DNA of 37,365 bases. Source: a virus (taxonomy: Duplodnaviria > Caudoviricetes). Position numbers and translations under genes: made by a program. Each line of letters begins with the position of its first letter. Position 1 is the first letter of the stretch. Positions 7,781 to 17,955 of the stretch are shown here, piece by piece. A model generated the notes under the pieces. The model was not told the DNA's origin and ran no database searches. It saw only the letters and a program-made list of their open reading frames with translations. The stretch lies in the IMG/VR virus record IMGVR_UViG_3300025018_000064, positions 1 through 37,365 of that record. One strand, written 5' to 3'.

Positions 7781-9304
7781 ATGGATGAAGCTAAATTAAT
7801 ACGCGTACTAAAAAACCTTCCGTTATTTGCGAAAAACTTTCTTATCATCCATGACAAATCAGGTGTTGAGCGTAAGTTCGAGATGAACCGCGCACAACTC
7901 TACATCCATGAACGATTGGAAGCCCAATTAAAAGCAACCGGCAAAGTACGAGCGCTTATTTTAAAAGGTAGGCAACAAGGCGTTTCAACGTATGTACAGG
8001 CGCGATACTTTCACAAGATCGTCACCAAGAAAGGCAAGAAAGCTTTTATTTTGACACATCTATCTGATGCCACTAGTGCCATCTTTGAGATGACAAAGCG
8101 CTACAGTGAAAACATAGACAATGCTTTGTTCCCGCAACCTGACAAGAAAAACGACAATAAGCTGATGTACAACGGTTTGGGGTCTGGCTATCGTGTGGGA
8201 ACCGCTGGTAGTGCTGAAATTGGACGCTCGATGACTAACCAATATTTGCACCTATCGGAGTATGCGTTCTATAAAGATGCGGCACGCATCAGCATGGGTT
8301 TATTGCAAACGGTTGCGGAGATGGCAGACACCGAAGTCATCAAAGAATCAACCGCAAACGGTATTGATAATGATTTCTATTCAGATTGGAAGGAAGCCAA
8401 AAACGGTAAGACCAGATACCAGGCCATCTTTGTTCCTTGGTATTGGCAGGATGAATATTGCATTGATGACCCTAACTTTAAACCCAATGATGAGGAAACC
8501 GAATGGCTGGAAAAGTTTGCATCCAATGGGTTGCGCCCTGGTCATCTCCACTGGCGACGCATCAAGCTACAGGATTTCAAAGGGGATGATGACCAAAAGT
8601 GCCGGAAGTTTCGCCAGGAATATCCATTCACTGATGATGAAGCTTTCCTGTCATCCATTACCGATACATTCATTCATGTAGATGCGGTGCAACGTGCCAG
8701 AGTCACCAAGGTAGACAGCGATGCAGCATTAGTGATTGGGGTTGACCCATCCCGCATGGGTGATGATCGAATTGCCATTATCAGGCGCAAAGGTCGAAAG
8801 GCATACAAGCTTGAGACGCATTACAATATCGATACAATGGAATTGGCCGGTATGGTTAAACGCATCATTGACAATGAGCGTCCAAAACGTGTTTGTATAG
8901 ATTGTATTGGTATTGGTGCTGGTGTCGTTGATCGCTTGCATGAACTTGGCTATACCTCAGTGGTCATCGGGGTTAATGTGGCAAGAAAGCCAGAGCAACC
9001 GAAGAAATACCGAAACACACGCGCTGAGTTATGGGATAGAACAAGAGAATGGCTTACTCAAGATATGCCGGTTGAAATACCTGATAGTGATGAGTTGCAG
9101 ACTGATTTGACAGTCTTTGGTTACAAGTACGATTCAAGCGATAGATTATTGATTGAGAGTAAAGAGGACATGAAAAAGCGTGGGTGCTTATCGCCAGATT
9201 GCGGTGAAGCACTTATGCTAACATTCCACGGTGGGGAATATGTGACAGAGGGGAATTATCAGGTAACAAGATTGCCAGAGCGACACGCTGGAATGCTGAT
9301 TTAA
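7781..9304 (+). CDS. terL: Terminase large subunit
   Basis: Walker A LKGRQQGVST, Walker B LHLSE, motif III ESTANG, nuclease IGVDP...SPD. Confidence 0.95.
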   Translation: MDEAKLIRVLKNLPLFAKNFLIIHDKSGVERKFEMNRAQLYIHERLEAQLKATGKVRALILKGRQQGVSTYVQARYFHKIVTKKGKKAFILTHLSDATSAIFEMTKRYSENIDNALFPQPDKKNDNKLMYNGLGSGYRVGTAGSAEIGRSMTNQYLHLSEYAFYKDAARISMGLLQTVAEMADTEVIKESTANGIDNDFYSDWKEAKNGKTRYQAIFVPWYWQDEYCIDDPNFKPNDEETEWLEKFASNGLRPGHLHWRRIKLQDFKGDDDQKCRKFRQEYPFTDDEAFLSSITDTFIHVDAVQRARVTKVDSDAALVIGVDPSRMGDDRIAIIRRKGRKAYKLETHYNIDTMELAGMVKRIIDNERPKRVCIDCIGIGAGVVDRLHELGYTSVVIGVNVARKPEQPKKYRNTRAELWDRTREWLTQDMPVEIPDSDELQTDLTVFGYKYDSSDRLLIESKEDMKKRGCLSPDCGEALMLTFHGGEYVTEGNYQVTRLPERHAGMLI

Positions 9305-9374
9305 GGTTGACAATCGAACGTGTTAAAGTTGTCAATCAACTACGGAATAGTTGACAAATCACAAAGGAATGACC

Positions 9375-11744
9375 ATGGCCAGACTGAATGAAAAGGTAGC
9401 GCGTCAAGCTCGTATTGCTTATGAGAAGTTCTACGAGTCGTTCAAGCAAAATATCGATTTATACCATCTCATGCACAACTTCGTTTTAGGCTCGCAGTGG
9501 TCGGACGAAGAAGAAGACGACATGATTAAAACCTATCGCAAGGTGCCGCTAACCTCAAACAAACTTGGCACCATGGCCAATTCATTGCTGGGTGAGCAAC
9601 AACAAAATACCCCACAATTGCAAGTTGTGCCAATGACTGGCTGTGATGAAAAGGTTGCATCCTTACGTGAGATCATCACCAAAGATATTATGTTTTCATC
9701 CGCTGCAACTCTTGCATATCAAGTCTCAGCCGGACAAGCGGCCATTGGTGGTTACAGTGCATATTGTCTTGGTACAGATTATACGTTTAGCAAGTCATTT
9801 AATCTTGATATTGAATACTACTATTTCAGGGATGCAACCCGCTGTTATTGGGATTTGGGTGCGGAAACCATCAGCAAAACAGATGGTACACATTGTGGTT
9901 ACCTATCCCGCATGACTCGCCAGAAATTCCGTGACGTTTACGGGAAAGAGATTGAGCAAAATATTTTGAAATCAAGCAGCATCACCCAGACTGAGGAAGA
10001 AATCGCGCTTGCTGTCGAGCCGAATGATTCTGGTAACCCCTTTATGTGGGCTGATGATGAATCCATCACGATCATTGACCACTATGTGCGTAAGTATGAA
10101 AAGGACACGCTTTACAAGCTATCCAATGGCAACGTGCTAAACCAGGAAGAAATGGACGAGATGATCGAAAAGTCCAAGGAGATCAACGCACGTAATGCTG
10201 AGATGCAATCTCAAATGGCAGCGCTTGAAGCGTATGGCATGGGTGGACAACCAGATCAAATGGGCGGTCAACCTGATTTGGCTGCACAACTTGCCCAGAT
10301 GGGTCAAGGACAGCAACCGCCAATGGATGAAACACGCACCAACCCAACCGGCCAGCAATATGACCCGCAAGGTTATGGCATGGATGGTGACCATGACATC
10401 TTGCCACAAGATACTGGTGTTGATGTTACCCCAAGCGATAAATCAGCGGTGCTACCTGATGATGATGAACGTATTACGCTGTGGGATGATGGCGAGATGG
10501 TACGTATTGAAGAAAAGCGCCCATCCAAAAAACATAAAATTATTCATTATCGCATAGCAGGTGAATATGAACTTGATAAAACAGAATTCCCAAGCGAGCA
10601 ATTGCCTTTGGTGTTCGTTGATAACAATTCTTACTATGACAAATCCGGTAAGCAAATCACACGATCATTTTTTGGTGACTGTCGTGATACTCAAAGGTAT
10701 ATCAATTATCTTCGTACACAATCAGCATATATCCTCAAGGTGTCGCGTTACGATCAATGGATTGGGCCAAAGACTGTGGTTCAAGGGTTAGATACTCAAC
10801 GTAATTGGAAAGACCCAACCAATACACAGGGATTGCTAGCTTATGACAAAGACCCCGACGGACTTAAACCTGAGCAAGTGCGACCGCCTGAATTGTCACA
10901 ATCTCTTTTCCAGCAATACGAACTCGCCATCCAAGACTTGTACACATCAACCGGATTGTATCCTGCTAGAATGGGCAACAACGGTGATGAAGCATCAGGC
11001 AAAGCTATTGATGCCCGTACAAGACAAGGCAGTTATGCTACGTATGTGTTTTTTAATTCAATCAATCGTGCCATTGCCACTGGCGGTGAAATCGTCAACG
11101 AAATGATACCGCGTGTTTATGATAGTGAGCGTGTCATGACGTTGATGATGCCTGATAAAGGTATGCAAAATGTGAAGATAAACCGTCAAACGGATGAGTA
11201 CGGCGAGCAAATTGAAAATGACATCAGAAAAGGCACCTATCAAGTCAGATTGAAACCTGGTCCATCCTACGAAGGCCAGAAAGAGCAAGCCTTGCAATCA
11301 CTTCGTGAAGTGCTGCAAGTTGACCCAACCACATTCAATTTGGTTGCCGACCTATACGCTGAAAATCTACCGCTTGCTAACACCATTGAGATTAAAAACC
11401 GTCTCAAGACACGTGTATCACCTCAAATCATCGAAGCTGGTAAGACAGGGGAAATGCCAAAACAACAAGGGCCTACACCTGAGCAAGAAGCATTACAAGT
11501 TGAGCAACAATATAAACAGGCACAAATACAAATTAAGCAGCAAGAATTGGTGTTAAAGCAGAAACAAGCGCAAGCAGATATTGAAATGGAACAGATGAAA
11601 CTTGAGATTGCCAAGCTTGAAGCAGCAGCGGGTATTGAAGAAGGCAAGATGCGTTTCATGGCTGAAACTCAGCGTACCCAAACTGATAAAGAAGTGGCAC
11701 ACGCAGATAATTTGGTGAAAATTTTAACATCTAAGATTCAATAA
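9375..11744 (+). CDS. Portal protein (P22 gp1-like)
   Basis: Position; G.QW N-terminal motif, ASGKAIDAR, C-terminal Q/E coiled-coil barrel; AAGGA RBS. Confidence 0.9.
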   Translation: MARLNEKVARQARIAYEKFYESFKQNIDLYHLMHNFVLGSQWSDEEEDDMIKTYRKVPLTSNKLGTMANSLLGEQQQNTPQLQVVPMTGCDEKVASLREIITKDIMFSSAATLAYQVSAGQAAIGGYSAYCLGTDYTFSKSFNLDIEYYYFRDATRCYWDLGAETISKTDGTHCGYLSRMTRQKFRDVYGKEIEQNILKSSSITQTEEEIALAVEPNDSGNPFMWADDESITIIDHYVRKYEKDTLYKLSNGNVLNQEEMDEMIEKSKEINARNAEMQSQMAALEAYGMGGQPDQMGGQPDLAAQLAQMGQGQQPPMDETRTNPTGQQYDPQGYGMDGDHDILPQDTGVDVTPSDKSAVLPDDDERITLWDDGEMVRIEEKRPSKKHKIIHYRIAGEYELDKTEFPSEQLPLVFVDNNSYYDKSGKQITRSFFGDCRDTQRYINYLRTQSAYILKVSRYDQWIGPKTVVQGLDTQRNWKDPTNTQGLLAYDKDPDGLKPEQVRPPELSQSLFQQYELAIQDLYTSTGLYPARMGNNGDEASGKAIDARTRQGSYATYVFFNSINRAIATGGEIVNEMIPRVYDSERVMTLMMPDKGMQNVKINRQTDEYGEQIENDIRKGTYQVRLKPGPSYEGQKEQALQSLREVLQVDPTTFNLVADLYAENLPLANTIEIKNRLKTRVSPQIIEAGKTGEMPKQQGPTPEQEALQVEQQYKQAQIQIKQQELVLKQKQAQADIEMEQMKLEIAKLEAAAGIEEGKMRFMAETQRTQTDKEVAHADNLVKILTSKIQ

Positions 11745-11766
11745 ACCAACGTAGAGAGAGGGAACT

Positions 11767-12744
11767 ATGAGTAATATAAGCAGCATCGATGACTTGTTAG
11801 CAGGGATGGGTAACACACAGCAAGCAACAACGCCTGAGCATAAGGAGAAAGCCCAAAAGCAACAGGAAGAAAAGGCACCGGTTGAAGAATTGGAAGATGA
11901 TAACACAAGCTACGAGGATTCAGACGACCATGCCGATGATACAGACGATCATGTCAGTGATTCTGACGACGATGCCGATGATGAGTCGGACAATGAAGCC
12001 GATGAATCCGAAGATGATGAAAATGATTCTGATGTAGATGAGTATGGCAACAAAAAAGAACGCATGAGCAAAGGCATGAAAGAACGCCTGGAACGTAAAG
12101 ACAAGCAATATCAACGTGAGATTGAGCAACGTGATAGGGAATTGCAAGCGCTACGTCAACAACTGTCGAACCAAGGCGCTAGTAAAGAAGTCCAGCAAGC
12201 GGTCAAAGATTTCAAATATGACCCAAATGAGGAAGTATCTTGGGAGCAACAACTATCGGATTTTGTGAAGCAGACGGTAACCAATTTACAACAAGATGAG
12301 CAACGTGTTGCCCGTGAACGTAAAGAGCAAGCAGCCCATCAAGAGTTTGTACAGAAATTCCAGAAAGGTATGGAACGCTTCACTGATTTTCGTGAGGTTG
12401 TCGGTTCACAGCCCATGGATGATGCCATGACATTATCACTGCGTGGCATGAATGACCCTACCGCTTTTATTTATGCAGCAAGCAAACGTGAACCGAAAGA
12501 ACTTGAGCGTATTTCTCAATTACCCGACCCTTACGCACGCATGGTGGAAATGGGTAAATTAGAACAACGCATGAGGCGAGGCAAGAGCGTTACCAAGGCA
12601 CCAAGACCATTGGGGCGAACGAAAGAGGACACAACCGCGAAAGTAAAACCGAAACAAAAGGATACGTCAGGCGATGATTTGTTGGCGAAAGCTGATGCAA
12701 AGCGTCTCTCAACTGTTAGAAAACGTCATAGTGCTAATCGATAA
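11767..12744 (+). CDS. Scaffolding protein
   Basis: Acidic N-terminus, coiled coil, basic C-terminus; between portal and coat. Confidence 0.75.
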   Translation: MSNISSIDDLLAGMGNTQQATTPEHKEKAQKQQEEKAPVEELEDDNTSYEDSDDHADDTDDHVSDSDDDADDESDNEADESEDDENDSDVDEYGNKKERMSKGMKERLERKDKQYQREIEQRDRELQALRQQLSNQGASKEVQQAVKDFKYDPNEEVSWEQQLSDFVKQTVTNLQQDEQRVARERKEQAAHQEFVQKFQKGMERFTDFREVVGSQPMDDAMTLSLRGMNDPTAFIYAASKREPKELERISQLPDPYARMVEMGKLEQRMRRGKSVTKAPRPLGRTKEDTTAKVKPKQKDTSGDDLLAKADAKRLSTVRKRHSANR

Positions 12745-12757
12745 AGGAGTTTAAAAA

Positions 12758-13000
12758 ATGGTTTTAGATATTCGTTTGGATTTCATCACTAAAATTGACC
12801 CGCAATATATTGAAGCAATGATTAATATTCGTCAAAACTTCATTGAACTGGATAATTTGTTGACAGGCATGGCCTTAGAAGCTGAAAGCAAAAAAGATGG
12901 TGCTGCATCACGGTGTGTTGCTTTGGCGCGTACTGCTAATGAATCAGCATGTCAATCTACCATTAAGGCGCTATGTCTTTTAGGTGAAGCAAAAGGTTAG
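12758..13000 (+). CDS. Small helical protein, possible Acb2/Tad1-like nucleotide sponge
   Basis: AAGGAG RBS; helix-hairpin with SRCVALARTANESA...KAL, resembling by recall the family R..ALA.T..E.A....KA helix. Confidence 0.45.
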   Translation: MVLDIRLDFITKIDPQYIEAMINIRQNFIELDNLLTGMALEAESKKDGAASRCVALARTANESACQSTIKALCLLGEAKG

Positions 13001-13010
13001 TGATAAACAG

Positions 13011-13090
13011 ACCGAATTCGGTTATCACAAAACCGAATTCGGTTTACTTGGACTTGACATTTGACAAAACCCTATACAAAAGACTACATT
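13011..13090 (+). promoter_or_regulatory. Tandem palindromes and candidate coat-gene promoter
   Basis: ACCGAATTCGGT at 13011 and 13032; TTGACA (13061)-18 bp-TACATT. Confidence 0.5.
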
Positions 13091-13233
13091 AAGCTTGATG
13101 CGTAAGGGATTCCATCACCCACAAATAAATAGACGCGTATGTTGTTAGTAGTCGCCCGTCGGACGAATGAAAGTAAATAGGCGCTCATAAGAGCAATTAT
13201 CTAAAACATTTGTTTGTTCAGGGAGAACAACGC

Positions 13234-14478
13234 ATGGCTAATTTATTTAGAGAAAGTCAGTACGTTCTGGATGACGTATTTGTACGTTTCTGGAACAGTT
13301 TATCATTCGCAAGAACAGCTAATCGTAATCTTGAAGGCGACTTCAAAAACCTACGCTTTGCAACCGGTCAGACCCTAGACTATCGTTTAGAAGAAAGATA
13401 TTTAGGCGGTGAAGGTGCATCAGCGACAGCCGAAGCTCGTGTACAGATCATCAGACCTTTAAGCATTACGAAGCAGTTTCGTATCATGCTTGAATACACA
13501 GGTTTTAACTTAACCTTTGATCGTGCGCGTGACGAACCTTACCTTGAGATGGCAAACGCACCACGTGCCAAGCGCCTTGGTAACATGGTTGAGCGTTTCA
13601 TTGCCGAAGAATTCCAAAACAAAACCTACCAAGCAGTCGGTACACCTGGCGTGCCAGTAGACTTCAACACGATTTTAAGTGCTGATGCCTACATGACAGA
13701 ACTTGCTATCCCAGAAGATGGCAAACGCTATGTCGGTGCGGGTCCTCGTGTGACTGCTAACCTGTCAAATGATCTTTACAATACTTTCAACAACACGGTT
13801 AATACCGGTGCGTTGATTGATGGTTTTGTAGGCCATTTATCAGGGTTTGATTTCTTCAAGACCAATTTCTTGAAGCGTCAAATTGCAGGTTTAGGTCAGG
13901 CAGGTGGTACACCACCCGCAGGATTTAAACTTGGTGGTGTGGTAACTAACGGTCCGATCGTGAGTGGTAACACGATTTCCGTTGGTAGTTTAGGTCAAGC
14001 CCCAGGCGCACTCGTGTTCAGACTTGGCGACATCATCGAAGTTGATGATGACGACGGTGTGTTCATGATTAATCCTTTGACCTACGAAGCATTAGAGCAA
14101 CGCGCACAGTTCGTTGTCACTGCTGATGTTATATCAGCGGATGGTGCAACGGCTGACATCCCTGTCAATCCAACCATTGTTATCGATGGCGCACGTCAAA
14201 ACATATCTGCTGCTATTCCTAATGGCGCTCAGATGTTATTGCGTGATTCACATAACGTATCGTTGGCTTATCACACTCAAGCTGTGGTATTTGCAGCGCC
14301 GCCAATCAAAGAATTACGCGGTGGTGTTGAAGCAGTTACCCGTTATTCCGACTTGTACAAGTTGGCAATGACGTATTCCTTGGGTGCTGACATCAGGAAC
14401 TACGAACAGTTAGACCGTATCGACGTTATTTGCGGTGTCGCAATTAACCCAGAATTTGCGGTTCGTATCTGCTCGTAA
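13234..14478 (+). CDS. Major capsid protein (P22 coat family)
   Basis: 414 aa after scaffold; G.T....., GFDFFKTN, LAYH..A, RIDV..G...NPEFA; followed by terminator. Confidence 0.9.
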   Translation: MANLFRESQYVLDDVFVRFWNSLSFARTANRNLEGDFKNLRFATGQTLDYRLEERYLGGEGASATAEARVQIIRPLSITKQFRIMLEYTGFNLTFDRARDEPYLEMANAPRAKRLGNMVERFIAEEFQNKTYQAVGTPGVPVDFNTILSADAYMTELAIPEDGKRYVGAGPRVTANLSNDLYNTFNNTVNTGALIDGFVGHLSGFDFFKTNFLKRQIAGLGQAGGTPPAGFKLGGVVTNGPIVSGNTISVGSLGQAPGALVFRLGDIIEVDDDDGVFMINPLTYEALEQRAQFVVTADVISADGATADIPVNPTIVIDGARQNISAAIPNGAQMLLRDSHNVSLAYHTQAVVFAAPPIKELRGGVEAVTRYSDLYKLAMTYSLGADIRNYEQLDRIDVICGVAINPEFAVRICS

Positions 14479-14488
14479 GCTAATGGTT

Positions 14489-14519
14489 GCCCCTCGTTAT
14501 GCGGGGGGCATTCTCTTTT
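14489..14519 (+). terminator. Intrinsic terminator after coat gene
   Basis: TGCCCCTCG-TTATG-CGGGGGGCA followed by TTCTCTTTT. Confidence 0.75.
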
Positions 14520-14534
14520 AAAAGGAAATGTTGC

Positions 14535-14906
14535 ATGAAAGGAACACCAGCAATTTATTTAGGCAAATTAGTCGATAAAGCTAAGTTTCGTACCAATATT
14601 TACGATACCACCGGTAAAAAGAAACTTGTTGAGTCATGGGCTGAGTATGAAGCTGCGATGCAATCTGGCCTTTGGTTTGCGACTAAAGAAGATGCGATGG
14701 AAAGCACGGAATTGGCAAAAGATTTGGAGAAAAGCGAAGATGATGCAACATCCAAGCCTAAATCCAAATACAAGCCAAGGTCCAAGTCCAAGGCCAAGCC
14801 CATGAAGGTTGAGCCAGTGGAAGAAACAAGTGATGAAGATTTTAATGATGGATTAAATGATTCTCTTGGTGAAGATGTTTTTGAGGTCACCGACGAAAAT
14901 CGGTAA
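14535..14906 (+). CDS. Hypothetical protein after coat gene
   Basis: AAGGA RBS before ATG 14535; basic then acidic low-complexity tail. Confidence 0.7.
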   Translation: MKGTPAIYLGKLVDKAKFRTNIYDTTGKKKLVESWAEYEAAMQSGLWFATKEDAMESTELAKDLEKSEDDATSKPKSKYKPRSKSKAKPMKVEPVEETSDEDFNDGLNDSLGEDVFEVTDENR

Positions 14907-14915
14907 GGGGTAGAC

Positions 14916-15860
14916 ATGGCAAGTACCGTGCGACAATTCGTATTTGATATGTACCGTCTTATCACGGCATCAACGCCGACCGTGCCGTTGCATGGTGACG
15001 ATGAAAATTTAGCTATTCGTACTCTCAATCGGATTCTTGCTGAATATGCTTCAACCGGTCTGCTTTTGACAATTGCCAAAACCGTGTCGGTTGATATTAA
15101 CTTGCCAGTTAAAGAGATTTATTTTGTATCACCCAATTACGTTGGGCCTGTGACCACGCAACAGGAAACTTGCACCCTAACTGCGGTGTCGCCAAGTTTT
15201 AACGTGGTGGATGGGTCGCTTTATAACGTAGGCGATGGCGTTTCAGGTGGGGGAATTCCAGCCGGTGCAGAGATTTTAACGATAGTGGGCAACGTGGTCA
15301 CGATGACCTTGAATGCCACACTAACTGGCGCATCCGTTCTTACCTTTTCACAGGAAATACCTACGCCAAATGTTGCTTATATCAGGGAAGGCCGACTCGC
15401 TAACTTGGACAGCGCATGGCTTCAATTAAATGGTGTCACCTACCCCTTGATTGACCAAAGCAGGGATGAATTCTTGGCGGCATGGAAATATGAACCCCTA
15501 CAGGGTTTGCCGCGCTTTATTATTACTTTCCCCGAAACGCAAGTGGTAAGGGCGCAACTTTATCCTGCGCCTAGCCAGTTTTATACATTCTACGCACGGG
15601 GAAAGTTTCAGAAATTGCCATTAACCGCTAATGATACGCTGGAAGGATTGCCAGATTATCAAGAGTTATTTTTGCTCTATGCAACAGCAAAATACGTGGC
15701 TAAGTTTAAAGGACGTGGGTCTGCATGGACGCAAGATTTGGAAGCAGACTATCGGGAGCTAAAATCCAAAATGGAAGCGGCTTCCGAGGTCAATCTATCA
15801 ATTGCCGGCGATGAGCAAAGTTTACTCAATGGCGCATGGCGTGTCAGGGCGGGTGTTTAA
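14916..15860 (+). CDS. Head-tail adaptor (P22 gp4-like) with inserted beta module
   Basis: Synteny; N-terminal A...LN.....  helix and LYP.P motif; GIPAG module insertion. Confidence 0.6.
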   Translation: MASTVRQFVFDMYRLITASTPTVPLHGDDENLAIRTLNRILAEYASTGLLLTIAKTVSVDINLPVKEIYFVSPNYVGPVTTQQETCTLTAVSPSFNVVDGSLYNVGDGVSGGGIPAGAEILTIVGNVVTMTLNATLTGASVLTFSQEIPTPNVAYIREGRLANLDSAWLQLNGVTYPLIDQSRDEFLAAWKYEPLQGLPRFIITFPETQVVRAQLYPAPSQFYTFYARGKFQKLPLTANDTLEGLPDYQELFLLYATAKYVAKFKGRGSAWTQDLEADYRELKSKMEAASEVNLSIAGDEQSLLNGAWRVRAGV

Positions 15861-17650
15861 TGAGTGCTGCCAGACAAGATTTAGCCAAAACTGAGCAATT
15901 ACCCATATTCTGCTATTACGACAAGCAGCGATTTCCACAATTTGGCGCGATGGATTGCGCGAACTGGTATGGGATACAAGTTGAGTCGGGCAAGAAAAAA
16001 CAGGCACTTTATCCGGCCATGGGTCGCCAGCATGTAAGATTTCTTAATCAGAATCGATTGGTATTCAATGCGCAACCCCGTGTTGAGTACAAATCCATCA
16101 ATTATTTGTATGTGGTAGATGGCACAACCGTCTATCAATACGACCGGTTTTATAACCGAAAAGTTTTACCGATCAGCGTGGCATTGGGTACACCCATTTG
16201 GTTTGCGACCCTTGCTGTTGGCACGATGGTTTACAATATGATGACGGATGGCAACCAAATCTTCATTATCAAAGAAGATGGCGCATCCGTCACAACCGAG
16301 GTGGTTACCGACCCGAACGCCCCAGGTGGCTCAACCACTGGTGGAAAACCTCTCTACGTTGCGGCGTTCGGTAACCGCTTTGTGGTAAGCGTAGCAGGTA
16401 CACCTGATTTTTATTTAACGACAACCAATCTTTCCGGTACGGCAAGTACCTATTTTACCGTTAATGGTCAAGCGTTGAATGCCCGTGCATCAGGTGTCAT
16501 CGGGCAATTTGCAGTCTTGCATAATCAGTTATATATCATGTGTGATTTCACCACAGATGTGTGGGCCAACATTATCACGCAAATCACAGTTGGGAGCGTA
16601 ACTAGGGAATTCCCATGGAAGTTGAATAGCTCGTACAACTTCGATTTTGGGATTGCTGACCCCAATAGCTTATCAGTTAGCTTTGGCATGATGGTCTGGC
16701 TTGCTAAAAATTCCGATGGCTTGGTGTCATTTATGATGAGTAACGGCCAAACACCACAGGATATATCCTCTCAGGCGATTAATGTCTTACTTGAGAATTC
16801 AACGCATCCAGAAACATTAAGTCCATTTTTAGTCACCGAAGTAGATGGATTTTTATATCAATATGAAAATACCATTTTCTATCGCGCCGCTGCCGGTACA
16901 TTTGTTGGGTTTGGTGATGTGGATATTACGGATAACGCCAATTCCATTGAATATAATTTTGAAACCCAAACATGGGGTCGCTGCATTGAATTAAACGGTG
17001 AGCGAAACCGTATTAAAAAACACGTTTATTTTAACAATCAGCATTTAGTGATAGTGCAAGATGACCCAGCCATCTATCAGATGGCCGGTAATATTTATCA
17101 CAATGAATTGCGCAATCCAAATCAACCTGATGAACAGGCAGATGATGCGTTTTTAAAATACCCGATGCGCTATGAATTGGTGACAAAGCAAATATTCCTC
17201 GATGATTATGCGGAGTTTGCCGATGAATATGTTGAAATCGATTTTGTCTTTGGGAATCAAACTTTTTATCGAAACTGTTCTCCTTTTCTTAATACTACCT
17301 TTATTGTTGGCGAAGATAGTACGCCTGAAAACCCAATTTACATGCTTACGGAAGATGACAAGTACATTATTGCGGAAGGTAGCAACACACCAACTTTTGA
17401 CGATAATCATTATTGTGATTTATTTAAGCCTCACCTTGAGCTGTATTTTTCTGATGATGGAGGAGAAACCTTTTTACCGGCAGACCTTCGAGAATTTAGT
17501 CCATTAGGAAACTACCGATGGCGAATGCGATGGTATGAGCTGGGATGCTCAAGGAATCGATGTTATCGACTTGTGTGCGTTTCATCAGCCCCTATTGTTA
17601 TTTTAGGCGGTGTGCGTAATACGAAAAGGGTATCGGGAGGGGCAAATTAA
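15860..17650 (+). CDS. Tail hub / DNA stabilisation protein (P22 gp10-like)
   Basis: Beta-rich; C-terminal SDDGG.TF...G.Y..R..W..LG..R.R motif; TAATG coupling. Confidence 0.8.
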   Translation: MSAARQDLAKTEQLPIFCYYDKQRFPQFGAMDCANWYGIQVESGKKKQALYPAMGRQHVRFLNQNRLVFNAQPRVEYKSINYLYVVDGTTVYQYDRFYNRKVLPISVALGTPIWFATLAVGTMVYNMMTDGNQIFIIKEDGASVTTEVVTDPNAPGGSTTGGKPLYVAAFGNRFVVSVAGTPDFYLTTTNLSGTASTYFTVNGQALNARASGVIGQFAVLHNQLYIMCDFTTDVWANIITQITVGSVTREFPWKLNSSYNFDFGIADPNSLSVSFGMMVWLAKNSDGLVSFMMSNGQTPQDISSQAINVLLENSTHPETLSPFLVTEVDGFLYQYENTIFYRAAAGTFVGFGDVDITDNANSIEYNFETQTWGRCIELNGERNRIKKHVYFNNQHLVIVQDDPAIYQMAGNIYHNELRNPNQPDEQADDAFLKYPMRYELVTKQIFLDDYAEFADEYVEIDFVFGNQTFYRNCSPFLNTTFIVGEDSTPENPIYMLTEDDKYIIAEGSNTPTFDDNHYCDLFKPHLELYFSDDGGETFLPADLREFSPLGNYRWRMRWYELGCSRNRCYRLVCVSSAPIVILGGVRNTKRVSGGAN

Positions 17651-17946
17651 TGACCCTTTTTCTTGACAGAATCGATGCGGTGCCAGTGGCTAGTAACACG
17701 CAATTCGACCCGCAATTTTTGCAATGGCTTTGGGTATTGGTCGATGCGTTAAATGAAAATTGGGCTGATATTCAGCTTGCATTAAATTTATTGACTGCCA
17801 TGAGTTACACACAGGCTGAAATTGTAGCACTGGATGGTGCGGGTCAGTTGAATAACGGCGTACTACTTTATGACACGACTAATGACGAATATGTAGGACG
17901 ACAGGCGGGTTCGCTGGTAAAATTTACAACGACCGCATATCCATAA
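17650..17946 (+). CDS. Small virion protein
   Basis: TAATG coupling; within tail module. Confidence 0.7.
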   Translation: MTLFLDRIDAVPVASNTQFDPQFLQWLWVLVDALNENWADIQLALNLLTAMSYTQAEIVALDGAGQLNNGVLLYDTTNDEYVGRQAGSLVKFTTTAYP

Positions 17947-17955
17947 GGAGATGAT

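Noticed and set aside
11890-12045. GAT/GAC-rich repeat
   Set aside because: Encodes the acidic tract usual in scaffolding proteins
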